NCBI GenBank assembly: GCA_039796155.1
Contig: JBDKKJ010000007.1
Span: 58,409 to 122,408, forward strand
DNA from: Candidatus Parcubacteria bacterium
GTDB lineage: Bacteria > Patescibacteriota > Minisyncoccia > Phycocordibacterales > UBA6065
Direction of reading: 5' to 3'
DNA length: 64,000 bases
Made by a program: the position numbers and the translations under genes. Positions 47,114 through 55,257 of the stretch are shown here, in pieces; the first letter of the stretch is position 1; each line of letters begins with the position of its first letter. The notes beneath the pieces are model-generated. The model ran no database searches and was not told the DNA's origin. It saw nothing but the letters and a program-made list of their open reading frames with translations.

Positions 47114-48070
47114 TCACAACGTTAGAGGTGAAAGATCTAAACCCAGCCACTGATACACCAACACTTTTCCTTCAATCCCCTTTCCTCGCATTTCACAGAG
47201 TTTAAATCCAATAGTGAGGATGACATTGTTAGCCAGCATAGCCCGTGGAGCCTCTGTATTTTCACAATCAAACATCCTATACAGCAGACTTTTTTCCTCG
47301 GGTGTAATCGAGGTAATGACCACATCAAATCTGGACTCAGTCTTGTTGCGGTCAATGATTTTCTGTAACAGGGTGTAATACGCACCTTCGGTCAGGTGAT
47401 TCAGGATGAAACCCGCGAACTCATGCATTGCGACTTCCTCAGCCAACATCTCCTTTTCACCATCCTTGAATCGGCCATCTTCATTATTATGTCTGATGGA
47501 GTGTCCGAGTTCGTGGAACATGACCGCAACCAATAACTTTTCAGGAACAGTGAATGCCGGAAGTGAAATGGTATTCGCCTCAACGTGCCACATCGGGCTG
47601 TATTGCAAATGTTTACTTGCCACATCTTCTGGAATGAAACACAATCCAATCGCCTTTCCGGTTGGTGCCGTAGGAACATCATTCACATTCATGAAACGAT
47701 AGCCGTTATTAACAAAAGCACCCGCCCGAATATCACTGAACCGTTCGACAATCCTTCTTGTCTCAGGTGAGATGTCTTTGTGCTTACGAAGCAAACCCAT
47801 CACATAATTGGCTTTTTGCTGAAGTAGGTTATGCATCTCCAAGCTGGCAGACGGATTCGAGCGCATCCACCATCCATCAACCGCCCTACTGCGTCTGACC
47901 TCAATTACGGTAAAGTCCTGATAGTCTTTCACAGCTTGCTCCTTCTTTTGTCTAACACTCTTTTTATGCACAAGGTAGCCAGAGGCCAACACACATGCAA
48001 TCACGAACAGGGCAGCTATAAGCCAACCCGAGAAGCCGCGCTTTTTAGTGCGGTTAGGTATAGATTTCAT
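47114..48070 (-). CDS. Membrane-anchored hypothetical protein with HExxH motif (putative metallopeptidase)
   Basis: 318 aa; N-terminal TM (WLIAALFVIACVLASGYLV); VAVMFHELGHSIRH zinc-binding-like motif. No family recognised. Confidence 0.5.
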   Translation of the reverse strand: MKSIPNRTKKRGFSGWLIAALFVIACVLASGYLVHKKSVRQKKEQAVKDYQDFTVIEVRRSRAVDGWWMRSNPSASLEMHNLLQQKANYVMGLLRKHKDISPETRRIVERFSDIRAGAFVNNGYRFMNVNDVPTAPTGKAIGLCFIPEDVASKHLQYSPMWHVEANTISLPAFTVPEKLLVAVMFHELGHSIRHNNEDGRFKDGEKEMLAEEVAMHEFAGFILNHLTEGAYYTLLQKIIDRNKTESRFDVVITSITPEEKSLLYRMFDCENTEAPRAMLANNVILTIGFKLCEMRGKGIEGKVLVYQWLGLDLSPLTL

Positions 48071-48124
48071 AGGTAAAATGTCGGTATTCGTGTGACGAAC
48101 AACGAAGCCTACAATAACATATTA

Positions 48125-49921
48125 TTATATGTTAGTCAAAATATGCATCTCGCTCATCGCACGCGTTAATGCCACATACATCAGATCTTTACCAATCTTC
48201 TCATCTTCTGCATTTTGATCTTCCGATAGTTTGTTGCTCTTGTCTTGAACAGCACCCTGCTCTGCTTGAATAATACAGGTGATATCAAATTCCACACCCT
48301 GTGTTTCAATCATGCGTGCGACTTTAATCAAAGTATTCTTCTCATATTCCTTTTTATAAAACTCCATATCTGTTACATCGGCAAATATGAGACCAATCAT
48401 TTTACATTCACTTCCTTTAATAAGATCTGAAACATATGTGCGTGCATCTTCGATTCTCAGTGATAATTCTTTAACGGTCGGACCATCTTTTATTCCCTCA
48501 GGGATTTCTACGCTGTACCCTAGCTCGCGAATGTACTCCAAAATCTGACGAGTGTTTCGGTAGACTTTATGTAACCTCACATTACGGTCCGTGGGTACCA
48601 CCTCATTGATTTCCTCCCACGATCGGATGGTCCCACGGTACACCTGTTGAGCCATGTCACCCACAAATACCGCGGATTGGGTTTCTTCAGAAAGACAGCT
48701 CTTTAGGATAGCCAACTGCTCTGGCATGTAGTTTTGAAATTCATCGATAATCATGAGCGAGTACTGGACTGGAATAGTTCTTCGTATAGGTGAATACTTT
48801 CCATTTTTATACGACTGGTAGTTTCGAACTATCTTTACGCCCTTCTCTGTTTTATGAAGTGACTTCATGAGAATTGCGAGATCAATACGATCTAATATCC
48901 CAGACTTCTTCTGCTCAGACCATAGTAATGCGTGTGCGGGCGAGAGTTTCTTATACACCTGATCGAGATATGTTGAGTGATCTCTGTTCCATTTTGGTAA
49001 AAGTGTGCTTCGCAAAATGCGTAGTTTTTCGTATTCGTATGTTTCACCTCCATCTCCGCTCAGAATAAGTGAAGAAACGTATGTAACATTCTTAAGATCC
49101 AATATTTCCTCGGCCCATTCGAAAAAGGTAGTTATCTTTACCCCATTAATACCAAGCTCGGGTAGTAGGTGTGAGAAGTAATCTTTGGTTCCATTATCTT
49201 GAACAAAAACAATTACTGAATTGTCGTGATATAAATGGGCGCTATCCGGTGACTGAATCAAATAAGCTACACGGTGAAGAGCAAGCGTTGTTTTTCCTGA
49301 TCCAGCAGGTCCAGATATCACAAAGGATCCTTTGTGATGAGCGCGGATGACAGCATCTTGAGCCTTCTCCATAAGTGAAACAATTTCAGGCAACATAAAG
49401 CCCGATTTGCGTGAAGCCCAATGCTCTTGATGGATGAGTTCACGTGGTGAATCAGTTGCTTCGGTAGCAAAAAACATAATCTTCCCGTCGACAATCATGT
49501 ATTGCTCTTTTTTTACCATCAACGCTTCTTCGATGGAACCATTAGGTAGTTTATACGTAACCTTACCTGGGGTTTCGAATCTTACAGATGATACTGGTGC
49601 CACCCATGAATAGATTCCCTCTTCAATAAAAGAATGCTTCGCAAAATAGAGCGACCTTTGCTTACCTGTCTTCTTATAGACAAGGTCACACTTTACAAAA
49701 AATGGTGAGCCAAAGAGGCGCGACAGCTCCACTAGACGTTCCTCGGTATACGCACGCAGATTCAAGTAGACCATACGGTCGTCGTTCTCAAGCGCTTTGA
49801 TTTGCGAACCTGTCTTTGTGGCCAAACCTTTGATGCGACCCTTTTCAACCTCGATTTTACTTTGCACGTCAGCAATCTTCGACGTCAGACCGACCATTAA
49901 GACTGATTTATCTTGCTTCAT
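48125..49921 (-). CDS. helD: HelD-like (helicase IV / UvrD-superfamily) protein
   Basis: 598 aa; N-terminal FGSPFFVKCDL...YFAKHSF...YSWVAPVSSVRFE resembles the HelD N-domain (PYFGRIDF...W.AP); Walker A GPAGSGKTT; C-terminal LMYVALTRA. Confidence 0.65.
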   Translation of the reverse strand: MKQDKSVLMVGLTSKIADVQSKIEVEKGRIKGLATKTGSQIKALENDDRMVYLNLRAYTEERLVELSRLFGSPFFVKCDLVYKKTGKQRSLYFAKHSFIEEGIYSWVAPVSSVRFETPGKVTYKLPNGSIEEALMVKKEQYMIVDGKIMFFATEATDSPRELIHQEHWASRKSGFMLPEIVSLMEKAQDAVIRAHHKGSFVISGPAGSGKTTLALHRVAYLIQSPDSAHLYHDNSVIVFVQDNGTKDYFSHLLPELGINGVKITTFFEWAEEILDLKNVTYVSSLILSGDGGETYEYEKLRILRSTLLPKWNRDHSTYLDQVYKKLSPAHALLWSEQKKSGILDRIDLAILMKSLHKTEKGVKIVRNYQSYKNGKYSPIRRTIPVQYSLMIIDEFQNYMPEQLAILKSCLSEETQSAVFVGDMAQQVYRGTIRSWEEINEVVPTDRNVRLHKVYRNTRQILEYIRELGYSVEIPEGIKDGPTVKELSLRIEDARTYVSDLIKGSECKMIGLIFADVTDMEFYKKEYEKNTLIKVARMIETQGVEFDITCIIQAEQGAVQDKSNKLSEDQNAEDEKIGKDLMYVALTRAMSEMHILTNI

Positions 49922-49961
49922 ATAATTGTTTGATTATACCTACATTCCTTATTTCTCCCTA

Positions 49962-49992
49962 TAAAAAGCAAAAACCGCCATTTCTGGCGGTT
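49962..49992 (-). terminator. Intrinsic terminator downstream of the MBL gene
   Basis: Minus strand AACCGCCA-gaaa-TGGCGGTT + TTTGCTTTTT. Confidence 0.65.
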
Positions 49993-50082
49993 CTAGCTAA
50001 CAAGAGCTGCTCCCTTGAGGGATTTTTTAAATAATGCTCTATGTTTATATTTCATAGGTAAAGATATTTATACCACAGGCGA

Positions 50083-51456
50083 TTACAAAAGCAAATACTC
50101 TTTATTTTTCTCCGCTACGATAGCATCTATCCCCACTTCAGAACGAATGCGTTGCGCGAGGAATGAAGAAGACTTTGTCTCCCCCATGGCCACGAATATC
50201 TGCTTCATTTTAGGAGCGGTGTGTGTCACGAATTCAACAAGGTGATTAGAATCTTTATGTGAAGAATATCCAGTGATGTTTTCAATGTGTGCCCGAACCT
50301 TTACCTTTTCGCCTTCAATTACAAGATTTGAAACCCTCTCCTGAATCTTGCGGCCGAGACTTCCTGGAACCTGATATCCCACCACAAGTACTGTTGCGTT
50401 AGGGTCTTCGAGATAGAATCGCTCATGGCCGAGAACGCGACCCCCAACAGACATTCCAGAACCAGCGATAATAATCTTCGGACCTTTCATAGTATGAATT
50501 GCTCGGGATTCTTCAGGATTGCGAACCATGCGCATGCCGGGAAAATCAAATATGTCGTCACCTCCTGCAATAATACCCTGTACCTTCTGATTAAAGTCTT
50601 CAATGTGCTGTTTATAAATCTCTGTTACTTTGCTACCAAGAGGCGCATCTACAAATACAGGCACACTCGGCAACTCTTTCTTTTCAACCAAGTTATTTAC
50701 TTCATAAAGCAGCACCTGAGTTCGTTCAAGAGAAAATGCTGGAATAACAACAGTTCCGCCTCGTTCGAGTGTAGTCAGCAAGACTTCTTTGAGTTTCGCA
50801 TCGCGTTCGTCTTTAGGTTCATGGTTTCGATCGCCATACACGCTTTCAATGACCATGTAATCTGCGTCAGTAACGTATTCAGTGTCACGTAGAAGCGGCG
50901 TCGGTGAGTTTCCAAGGTCACCCGTGAAAGCAATCTTTCTTTGCCCCTCTTCACCCGTGAGTGTCATTTCAATAATGCATGAGCCGAGTACATGTCCCGC
51001 ATCTTTAAGATAGAAAGAAATACTTTTTGAAATCACCTGATTCTCGTGATATGGAACTGTTTTCCAGAGAGCCATCGCCTGAGCAATGTGAACTTTTTCA
51101 TACAAAGGTTCATACCCAACATTTTTTGCTTCACGAGCAAGGAGCGCCTGTGCATCATCGAGCATCACTTCAGCCAACTCTTTTGTTTCTGATGTTGAAT
51201 AGATTGTTCCCGCAAAACCTTCTTTAACTAGCTTTGGAATTCGGCCAATGTGATCCATGTGAGGATGGGTAATCAAAAGATATGAAATCTCTTCGGGCGC
51301 ATAGATAAATGCATCACGATTCTCCAAAGATTGCTCACGTGAGCCCTGAACAAGCCCACAGTCAACAAGAATTTTCATTTCGGGAGTCTTTAATAAAAAG
51401 TTCGCACCTGTCGCATTCCCTATTGCCCCGCAACCAGTCAGTGTATAGCCTTTCAT
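50083..51456 (-). CDS. Beta-CASP metallo-beta-lactamase-fold RNA/DNA nuclease (CPSF73/RNase J-related)
   Basis: 457 aa; HPHMDH motif, DAGHVLGS, beta-CASP motifs (ESVYGDR, ...GYSSHKD). Confidence 0.8.
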   Translation of the reverse strand: MKGYTLTGCGAIGNATGANFLLKTPEMKILVDCGLVQGSREQSLENRDAFIYAPEEISYLLITHPHMDHIGRIPKLVKEGFAGTIYSTSETKELAEVMLDDAQALLAREAKNVGYEPLYEKVHIAQAMALWKTVPYHENQVISKSISFYLKDAGHVLGSCIIEMTLTGEEGQRKIAFTGDLGNSPTPLLRDTEYVTDADYMVIESVYGDRNHEPKDERDAKLKEVLLTTLERGGTVVIPAFSLERTQVLLYEVNNLVEKKELPSVPVFVDAPLGSKVTEIYKQHIEDFNQKVQGIIAGGDDIFDFPGMRMVRNPEESRAIHTMKGPKIIIAGSGMSVGGRVLGHERFYLEDPNATVLVVGYQVPGSLGRKIQERVSNLVIEGEKVKVRAHIENITGYSSHKDSNHLVEFVTHTAPKMKQIFVAMGETKSSSFLAQRIRSEVGIDAIVAEKNKEYLLL

Positions 51457-51459
51457 ATA

Positions 51460-51915
51460 TTAAAGATTATTCCGGATAGCCTTTTTATAAATTGCAGCCA
51501 CCACACTCGCACCTACAACATCCATGATCAAATCATGTGTCGTGTCCCAGGCATACCCAATATCATGGATGTTATTAAAGTGAAGGCCAATTTCCAAAAA
51601 TTCCCAGGCGATACCGACGGCGAGCGTCCAGAGAATAAGACTCTTTATGCTTATATATTTTTTAAAGAAAGTACCGTATTGAGTTGATACCGCCCACAAA
51701 CTAAAGAGTGCAACCCATGCACCGCCTAAAAAATGCATAGGAAAATCGTACCAATTCGTCAAATAATAAAAGTCTTTAAGCGTACCAAACCAGTGAAGGC
51801 TCACCACCAGAAGCATGACAATAAATGAGGGTATGAAGTATTTGTTCCAAAACATAAAATAAAGTATAGCATTGAAAAAACCTGCTTTCGCAGGTGTTCT
51901 CAGGGGGTCATTCAA
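51460..51915 (-). CDS. Polytopic membrane protein of unknown function
   Basis: 151 aa; 4 hydrophobic helices. True start may be an internal Met (MFWNKYF). Confidence 0.45.
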   Translation of the reverse strand: MNDPLRTPAKAGFFNAILYFMFWNKYFIPSFIVMLLVVSLHWFGTLKDFYYLTNWYDFPMHFLGGAWVALFSLWAVSTQYGTFFKKYISIKSLILWTLAVGIAWEFLEIGLHFNNIHDIGYAWDTTHDLIMDVVGASVVAAIYKKAIRNNL

Positions 51916-52255
51916 AATATTGTCCCTAGTATAAACTAGGTGGGTGACCGCAGATGTGATACCGAGGTATACACCGATATGAGTCTCCCTAAAAAAATGT
52001 TATAGAGTTAATATTTTGAATAACCCTACAGTCATTATAGTTCTCTCTCCTCCCTGTGCAACGGTGGATAACTTATACGAAACAGAAAAAATAAATCGTA
52101 AACTTTTTAGAATTTTTGATGGGGATAACTCCCGCTTGCCCGCTCTCAAAATACTGCTAGAGTTATCAGGTTAACGCTCTTTGAAGATACATGTCCTTCC
52201 CAGGATGATGTGTTTGGAGCACAACCACAATAGCTAGGTTCAGATACTCAGTCCC

Positions 52256-52777
52256 ATGAGAAACCTCCCACGCAAGTTCAGACTTGCATTGGCTGGCATG
52301 ATCGCAAGCCTGTTCAGTATCGGTCCGACACTTGCACTCGCAAGTCCGGCACCTGCCCCCAACAACAACGATCCCGGAAAAGCAGTCGCTACCGCCAACA
52401 TCGATCCGCAGATCACGGCCACGGCGCCCGAATACGTCACGAGCATGAAGGCGAACGCGCCCAACTGCTTTATTGACGTCTTTACGGCACCCGACACCAC
52501 GACCACGATTGCCACGACGACCGACCCGGCCAATATCAAGAAGGCACCGGCGGCCATCACGGCACGTTCCACGACGATGTTCAACGACACGAGCCAATTG
52601 CTCAAGGATCAAGGTGGGACCGCTCTCGTCACCAATACCGGCGTTGTTCAAAACCATCACGGCACTGCGATCGCCGGCGTGAATAATCACCACGGCACCA
52701 CCGCACCGCCAGGACAAGATACCGGCACATTCGTCGCGACCACCGCGAATACCGCGCAGCAACAGCAGGCGGGTTAA
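52256..52777 (+). CDS. Secreted low-complexity (T/A/P/N-rich) protein, first gene of GC-rich island
   Basis: 173 aa; signal peptide MRNLPRKFRLALAGMIASLFSIGPTLALA; repeated NHHGT. GC-rich third codon positions unlike neighbours. The opposite-strand 210-aa ORF is R/G-rich antisense noise. Confidence 0.5.
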   Translation: MRNLPRKFRLALAGMIASLFSIGPTLALASPAPAPNNNDPGKAVATANIDPQITATAPEYVTSMKANAPNCFIDVFTAPDTTTTIATTTDPANIKKAPAAITARSTTMFNDTSQLLKDQGGTALVTNTGVVQNHHGTAIAGVNNHHGTTAPPGQDTGTFVATTANTAQQQQAG

Positions 52778-52808
52778 CGCAGCCCTACCGATCCACAAGG
52801 ATCACTCG

Positions 52809-52834
52809 GCGCCCTCACAAGAGGGCACTTTTTT
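52809..52834 (+). terminator. Intrinsic terminator of island gene 1
   Basis: GCCCTC-acaa-GAGGGC + ACTTTTTT. Confidence 0.7.
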
Positions 52835-52839
52835 ATACC

Positions 52840-52867
52840 TTGACATCCATTAAACGTGTGCTAATGT
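52840..52867 (+). promoter_or_regulatory. Sigma70-like promoter of island gene 2
   Basis: TTGACA (52840-45), 16-nt spacer ending in TGC, TAATGT (52862-67). Confidence 0.5.
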
Positions 52868-53003
52868 CACAAATAGAACAACGCTCACGGGAGCGTTTTT
52901 ACATTGTAAAAAGGCAGAGGGACACAGTTTTTAGTGCTTTATGGAGCCTTAAAAGCTGTGTCTCTCCGATACGTCGGATGCGCAGCAAATACACAAAACA
53001 ACC

Positions 53004-53486
53004 ATGAAAAAGTTCCACACACCCCGTATCGTCATTGCCCTCATCATCACCGCCTGCCTCGGCTTCGCCGGCCTCCACGCCAACGAGACCACAAAGACCG
53101 CCCCCTCGAACACCAAGATCGATGTCGTCCAGCCGATCCAGTTCACCTTCCCCGAGAAGGTTTCTGACGGCACGGTGACGGTTCTCTCCCGCGACCTCCA
53201 GGTTCCGATGAGTAACACCCTCATGATCTCGATGAACATTCTCGCCGGCGTCGGCAAGGTCGACGCGGAAATGGTTGCGCGGTTCGCAAAACAGGGTTAC
53301 GTCCCTGCATCACCCGAGCAAGTGCTGTTGTTCAACCAAACCATCGTGAAAAGCCCAACCTCGACCAACCTGCAGGCACGGCTCGACATGGCCAGCAAGA
53401 CGATCGGCAAGCCGATCGACCAGATGATCATCGTGAAGACGCCGGCCGCCGGCCTCGTGATGAACGACGTCCCGCAGCGTAAATAG
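53004..53486 (+). CDS. Secreted hypothetical protein, island gene 2
   Basis: 160 aa; signal peptide MKKFHTPRIVIALIITACLGFAGLHA; GC-rich codons; no family recognised. Confidence 0.55.
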   Translation: MKKFHTPRIVIALIITACLGFAGLHANETTKTAPSNTKIDVVQPIQFTFPEKVSDGTVTVLSRDLQVPMSNTLMISMNILAGVGKVDAEMVARFAKQGYVPASPEQVLLFNQTIVKSPTSTNLQARLDMASKTIGKPIDQMIIVKTPAAGLVMNDVPQRK

Positions 53487-53506
53487 CTCCTCGGCTTCGG
53501 CCACCC

Positions 53507-53535
53507 GCCACACACTCATCTGTGTGGCTTTTTTA
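53507..53535 (+). terminator. Intrinsic terminator of island gene 2
   Basis: GCCACACA-ctcatc-TGTGTGGC + TTTTTT. Confidence 0.7.
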
Positions 53536-53559
53536 TTGTAAAAACATACTGCGGTTACA

Positions 53560-53587
53560 TTGACAAATGACTTAAAATATGTAGTAT
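53560..53587 (+). promoter_or_regulatory. Sigma70-like promoter of island gene 3
   Basis: TTGACA (53560-65), 16-nt spacer, TAGTAT (53582-87). Confidence 0.5.
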
Positions 53588-53638
53588 CGATAAGGACGGT
53601 TCCTCGTCAACGAACAGTTTTCAACCCAACATAACAGC

Positions 53639-54514
53639 ATGAAAACCAACATATCGGTCCTCGGGCTCATTATGAGCCTTTGCCTTGCAGTGTCTGCATT
53701 TGCGGATACCAAGATCATCAATCTATCGACGCGCGGAGAAGTCGGCGTCGGTAGCAAAGTCCTCATCACGGGTTTCGTGATCACTGGAAATCAACCAAAA
53801 CAAGTCATGATTCGGGGCGTAGGTCCCGGTCTGGCGCCATATGGGGTGACGAAGTTCATCACTGCCCCACGACTAACCCTGGTTGATAGCAACCAGAAAG
53901 AAATCACGAGTGTGACTGGTTGGGACGGCCTTCCCGCCACCCGACTGATTGCGCTCAACGCAGGTGCCTTTGCGCTCTTGCCTGGTAGTAAGGATTGCGT
54001 CATCGTCACAACCCTGCAACCCGGGCTTTACACAGCAGTCATGTCGTCGACAGATACCGCTACGGGCACTGGCCTCATTGAAGTCTACGACGTATCAAAA
54101 AATCCGGGCAGTCGACTCATCAATGAGTCAGCGCGCGTCGTTGGAGATGGCAGCACCATCATCACCGGCGCGGCATTCGAAGGCCTGGGCAAGAAAAAGG
54201 TGTATATCCGCGCCGTCGGACCCGCCCTCGGAGCCCTCGGTGTCACCGAACCAATGGCGAACCCCTCGATCTCAGTGTATAACGGTCGAGGCGTCCTCAT
54301 TGCCAATAACAATAGCTGGCAGACGAGCGGTTTGACAGCACAGTTGCAAGCTCAGACCGGCATGTTCCCCCTCGGAAACGACACCCTGTCAGCAGGTCTC
54401 GTTCTCGAGGTGGACGTCGACGGTCCGACCAGCCTCACCATCCACGTGATTGGTGGTTCACCTGATAAACCCGACACAGGAACAGTCCTTGTCGAAATTT
54501 ACGAAGCTCCTTAG
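53639..54514 (+). CDS. Secreted protein with two tandem copies of a ~130-aa beta-rich domain, island gene 3
   Basis: 291 aa; signal peptide ...LAVSAFA. Repeat 1 is INLSTRGEVGVGSKVLITGFVITGNQPKQVMIRGVGPGLAPYGV. Repeat 2 is LINESARVVGDGSTIITGAAFEGLGKKKVYIRAVGPALGALGV. Confidence 0.6.
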   Translation: MKTNISVLGLIMSLCLAVSAFADTKIINLSTRGEVGVGSKVLITGFVITGNQPKQVMIRGVGPGLAPYGVTKFITAPRLTLVDSNQKEITSVTGWDGLPATRLIALNAGAFALLPGSKDCVIVTTLQPGLYTAVMSSTDTATGTGLIEVYDVSKNPGSRLINESARVVGDGSTIITGAAFEGLGKKKVYIRAVGPALGALGVTEPMANPSISVYNGRGVLIANNNSWQTSGLTAQLQAQTGMFPLGNDTLSAGLVLEVDVDGPTSLTIHVIGGSPDKPDTGTVLVEIYEAP

Positions 54515-54528
54515 AAGCAAGGCCAAGA

Positions 54529-54562
54529 GCCAGGTTCGCAACGCGAACCTGGCCCTTTTTTA
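54529..54562 (+). terminator. Intrinsic terminator of island gene 3
   Basis: GCCAGGTTCGC-aac-GCGAACCTGGC + CCTTTTTT; core GGTTCGC/GCGAACC is shared with the terminator at 28734. Confidence 0.8.
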
Positions 54563-54564
54563 TT

Positions 54565-54640
54565 GAAAATAATGAGCGCATGGCGAATATATTTTCAATA
54601 TCTCCCTTGGAGATATTTTACCCTCCCCTGGAGATATTCT
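54565..54640 (+). repeat. Intergenic repeat copy B plus an extra half-repeat
   Basis: GAAAATAATGAGC..AATATATTTTCAATATCTCCCTTGGAGATAT, then a second related hairpin CCCTCC-cct-GGAGAT. Partner of 42535-42585. Confidence 0.7.
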
Positions 54641-55247
54641 ACTCCTCCCTCCCATCCATATTCACGTCGTACAAAATCTTTTCTTGGATGTGACGATAGT
54701 CAATCAATTCATCTTTTTTAAACCAGTGTGGAATCTCCTGTTCAGCTTCTGCAGGAGAACCCGAAGCATGAATAAGGTTTCGTACAGACCGAGTATCAAT
54801 ATCTGACATCTGGTATGAATCCAACACAAAATCTCCGCGGATAGTTCCCACGTCAGATGAAAGAGGCTCAGTAGAACCAATTATTTTTCGTACAATTGCT
54901 ACAGCATGCGCACCTTCAACAACAAAGGCCACAACAGGTCCACTCGTCATGTACTTGCGAAGCTTTCCAAGAACTATATCAGCAACTTTAATTGGATCGT
55001 TCCCTGCTGGGTGCATCTCGCCTTTAACTGTATATGCTTTGATGGACTTTTCGCCCACATTCTTTTTCCAAAGAGGGTCAAGTGTATAGTGTGCTTCAAT
55101 AAAATCAGCACTTGGTGTAAGCATCTTCATAGCAACAACCTTTAGACCAATTCGTTCGAATCGTCCAAGAATTTCACCAATAAGAGATCTTTGCACTCCG
55201 TCCGGCTTTATAACTGCAAGTGTTCGTTCTTTCTTTGGATGCTGCAT
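54639..55247 (-). CDS. ndk: Nucleoside diphosphate kinase (long form with insertion)
   Basis: 202 aa; TLAVIKPDGVQRSLIGEILGRFE, catalytic-His region NLIHASGS; about 50 aa longer than usual NDKs. Confidence 0.85.
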   Translation of the reverse strand: MQHPKKERTLAVIKPDGVQRSLIGEILGRFERIGLKVVAMKMLTPSADFIEAHYTLDPLWKKNVGEKSIKAYTVKGEMHPAGNDPIKVADIVLGKLRKYMTSGPVVAFVVEGAHAVAIVRKIIGSTEPLSSDVGTIRGDFVLDSYQMSDIDTRSVRNLIHASGSPAEAEQEIPHWFKKDELIDYRHIQEKILYDVNMDGREE

Positions 55248-55257
55248 GTGTGAAAAA

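Noticed and set aside
52060-52170. Three GGATAAC/GTTATC motifs resembling DnaA boxes (GGTGGATAAC, GGGGATAAC, GTTATCAGG)
   Set aside because: Each deviates from TTATCCACA. There is no dnaA or dnaN nearby and no AT-rich unwinding element that I could define. Too weak for an origin call.
52166-52798. 210-aa minus-strand ORF (longest ORF in the region) opposite island gene 1
   Set aside because: Its R/G/C-rich composition with no motifs is typical of an antisense frame in high-GC DNA. The plus-strand ORF has a clean signal peptide, and a terminator follows it.
54580-54690. 36-codon ORF starting in repeat copy B (MANIFSISPLEIFYPPLEIFY...)
   Set aside because: Its last 52 nt overlap the ndk coding region on the other strand. 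Only the first ~12 codons are shared with copy A, so a DNA- or RNA-level repeat is the simpler explanation.
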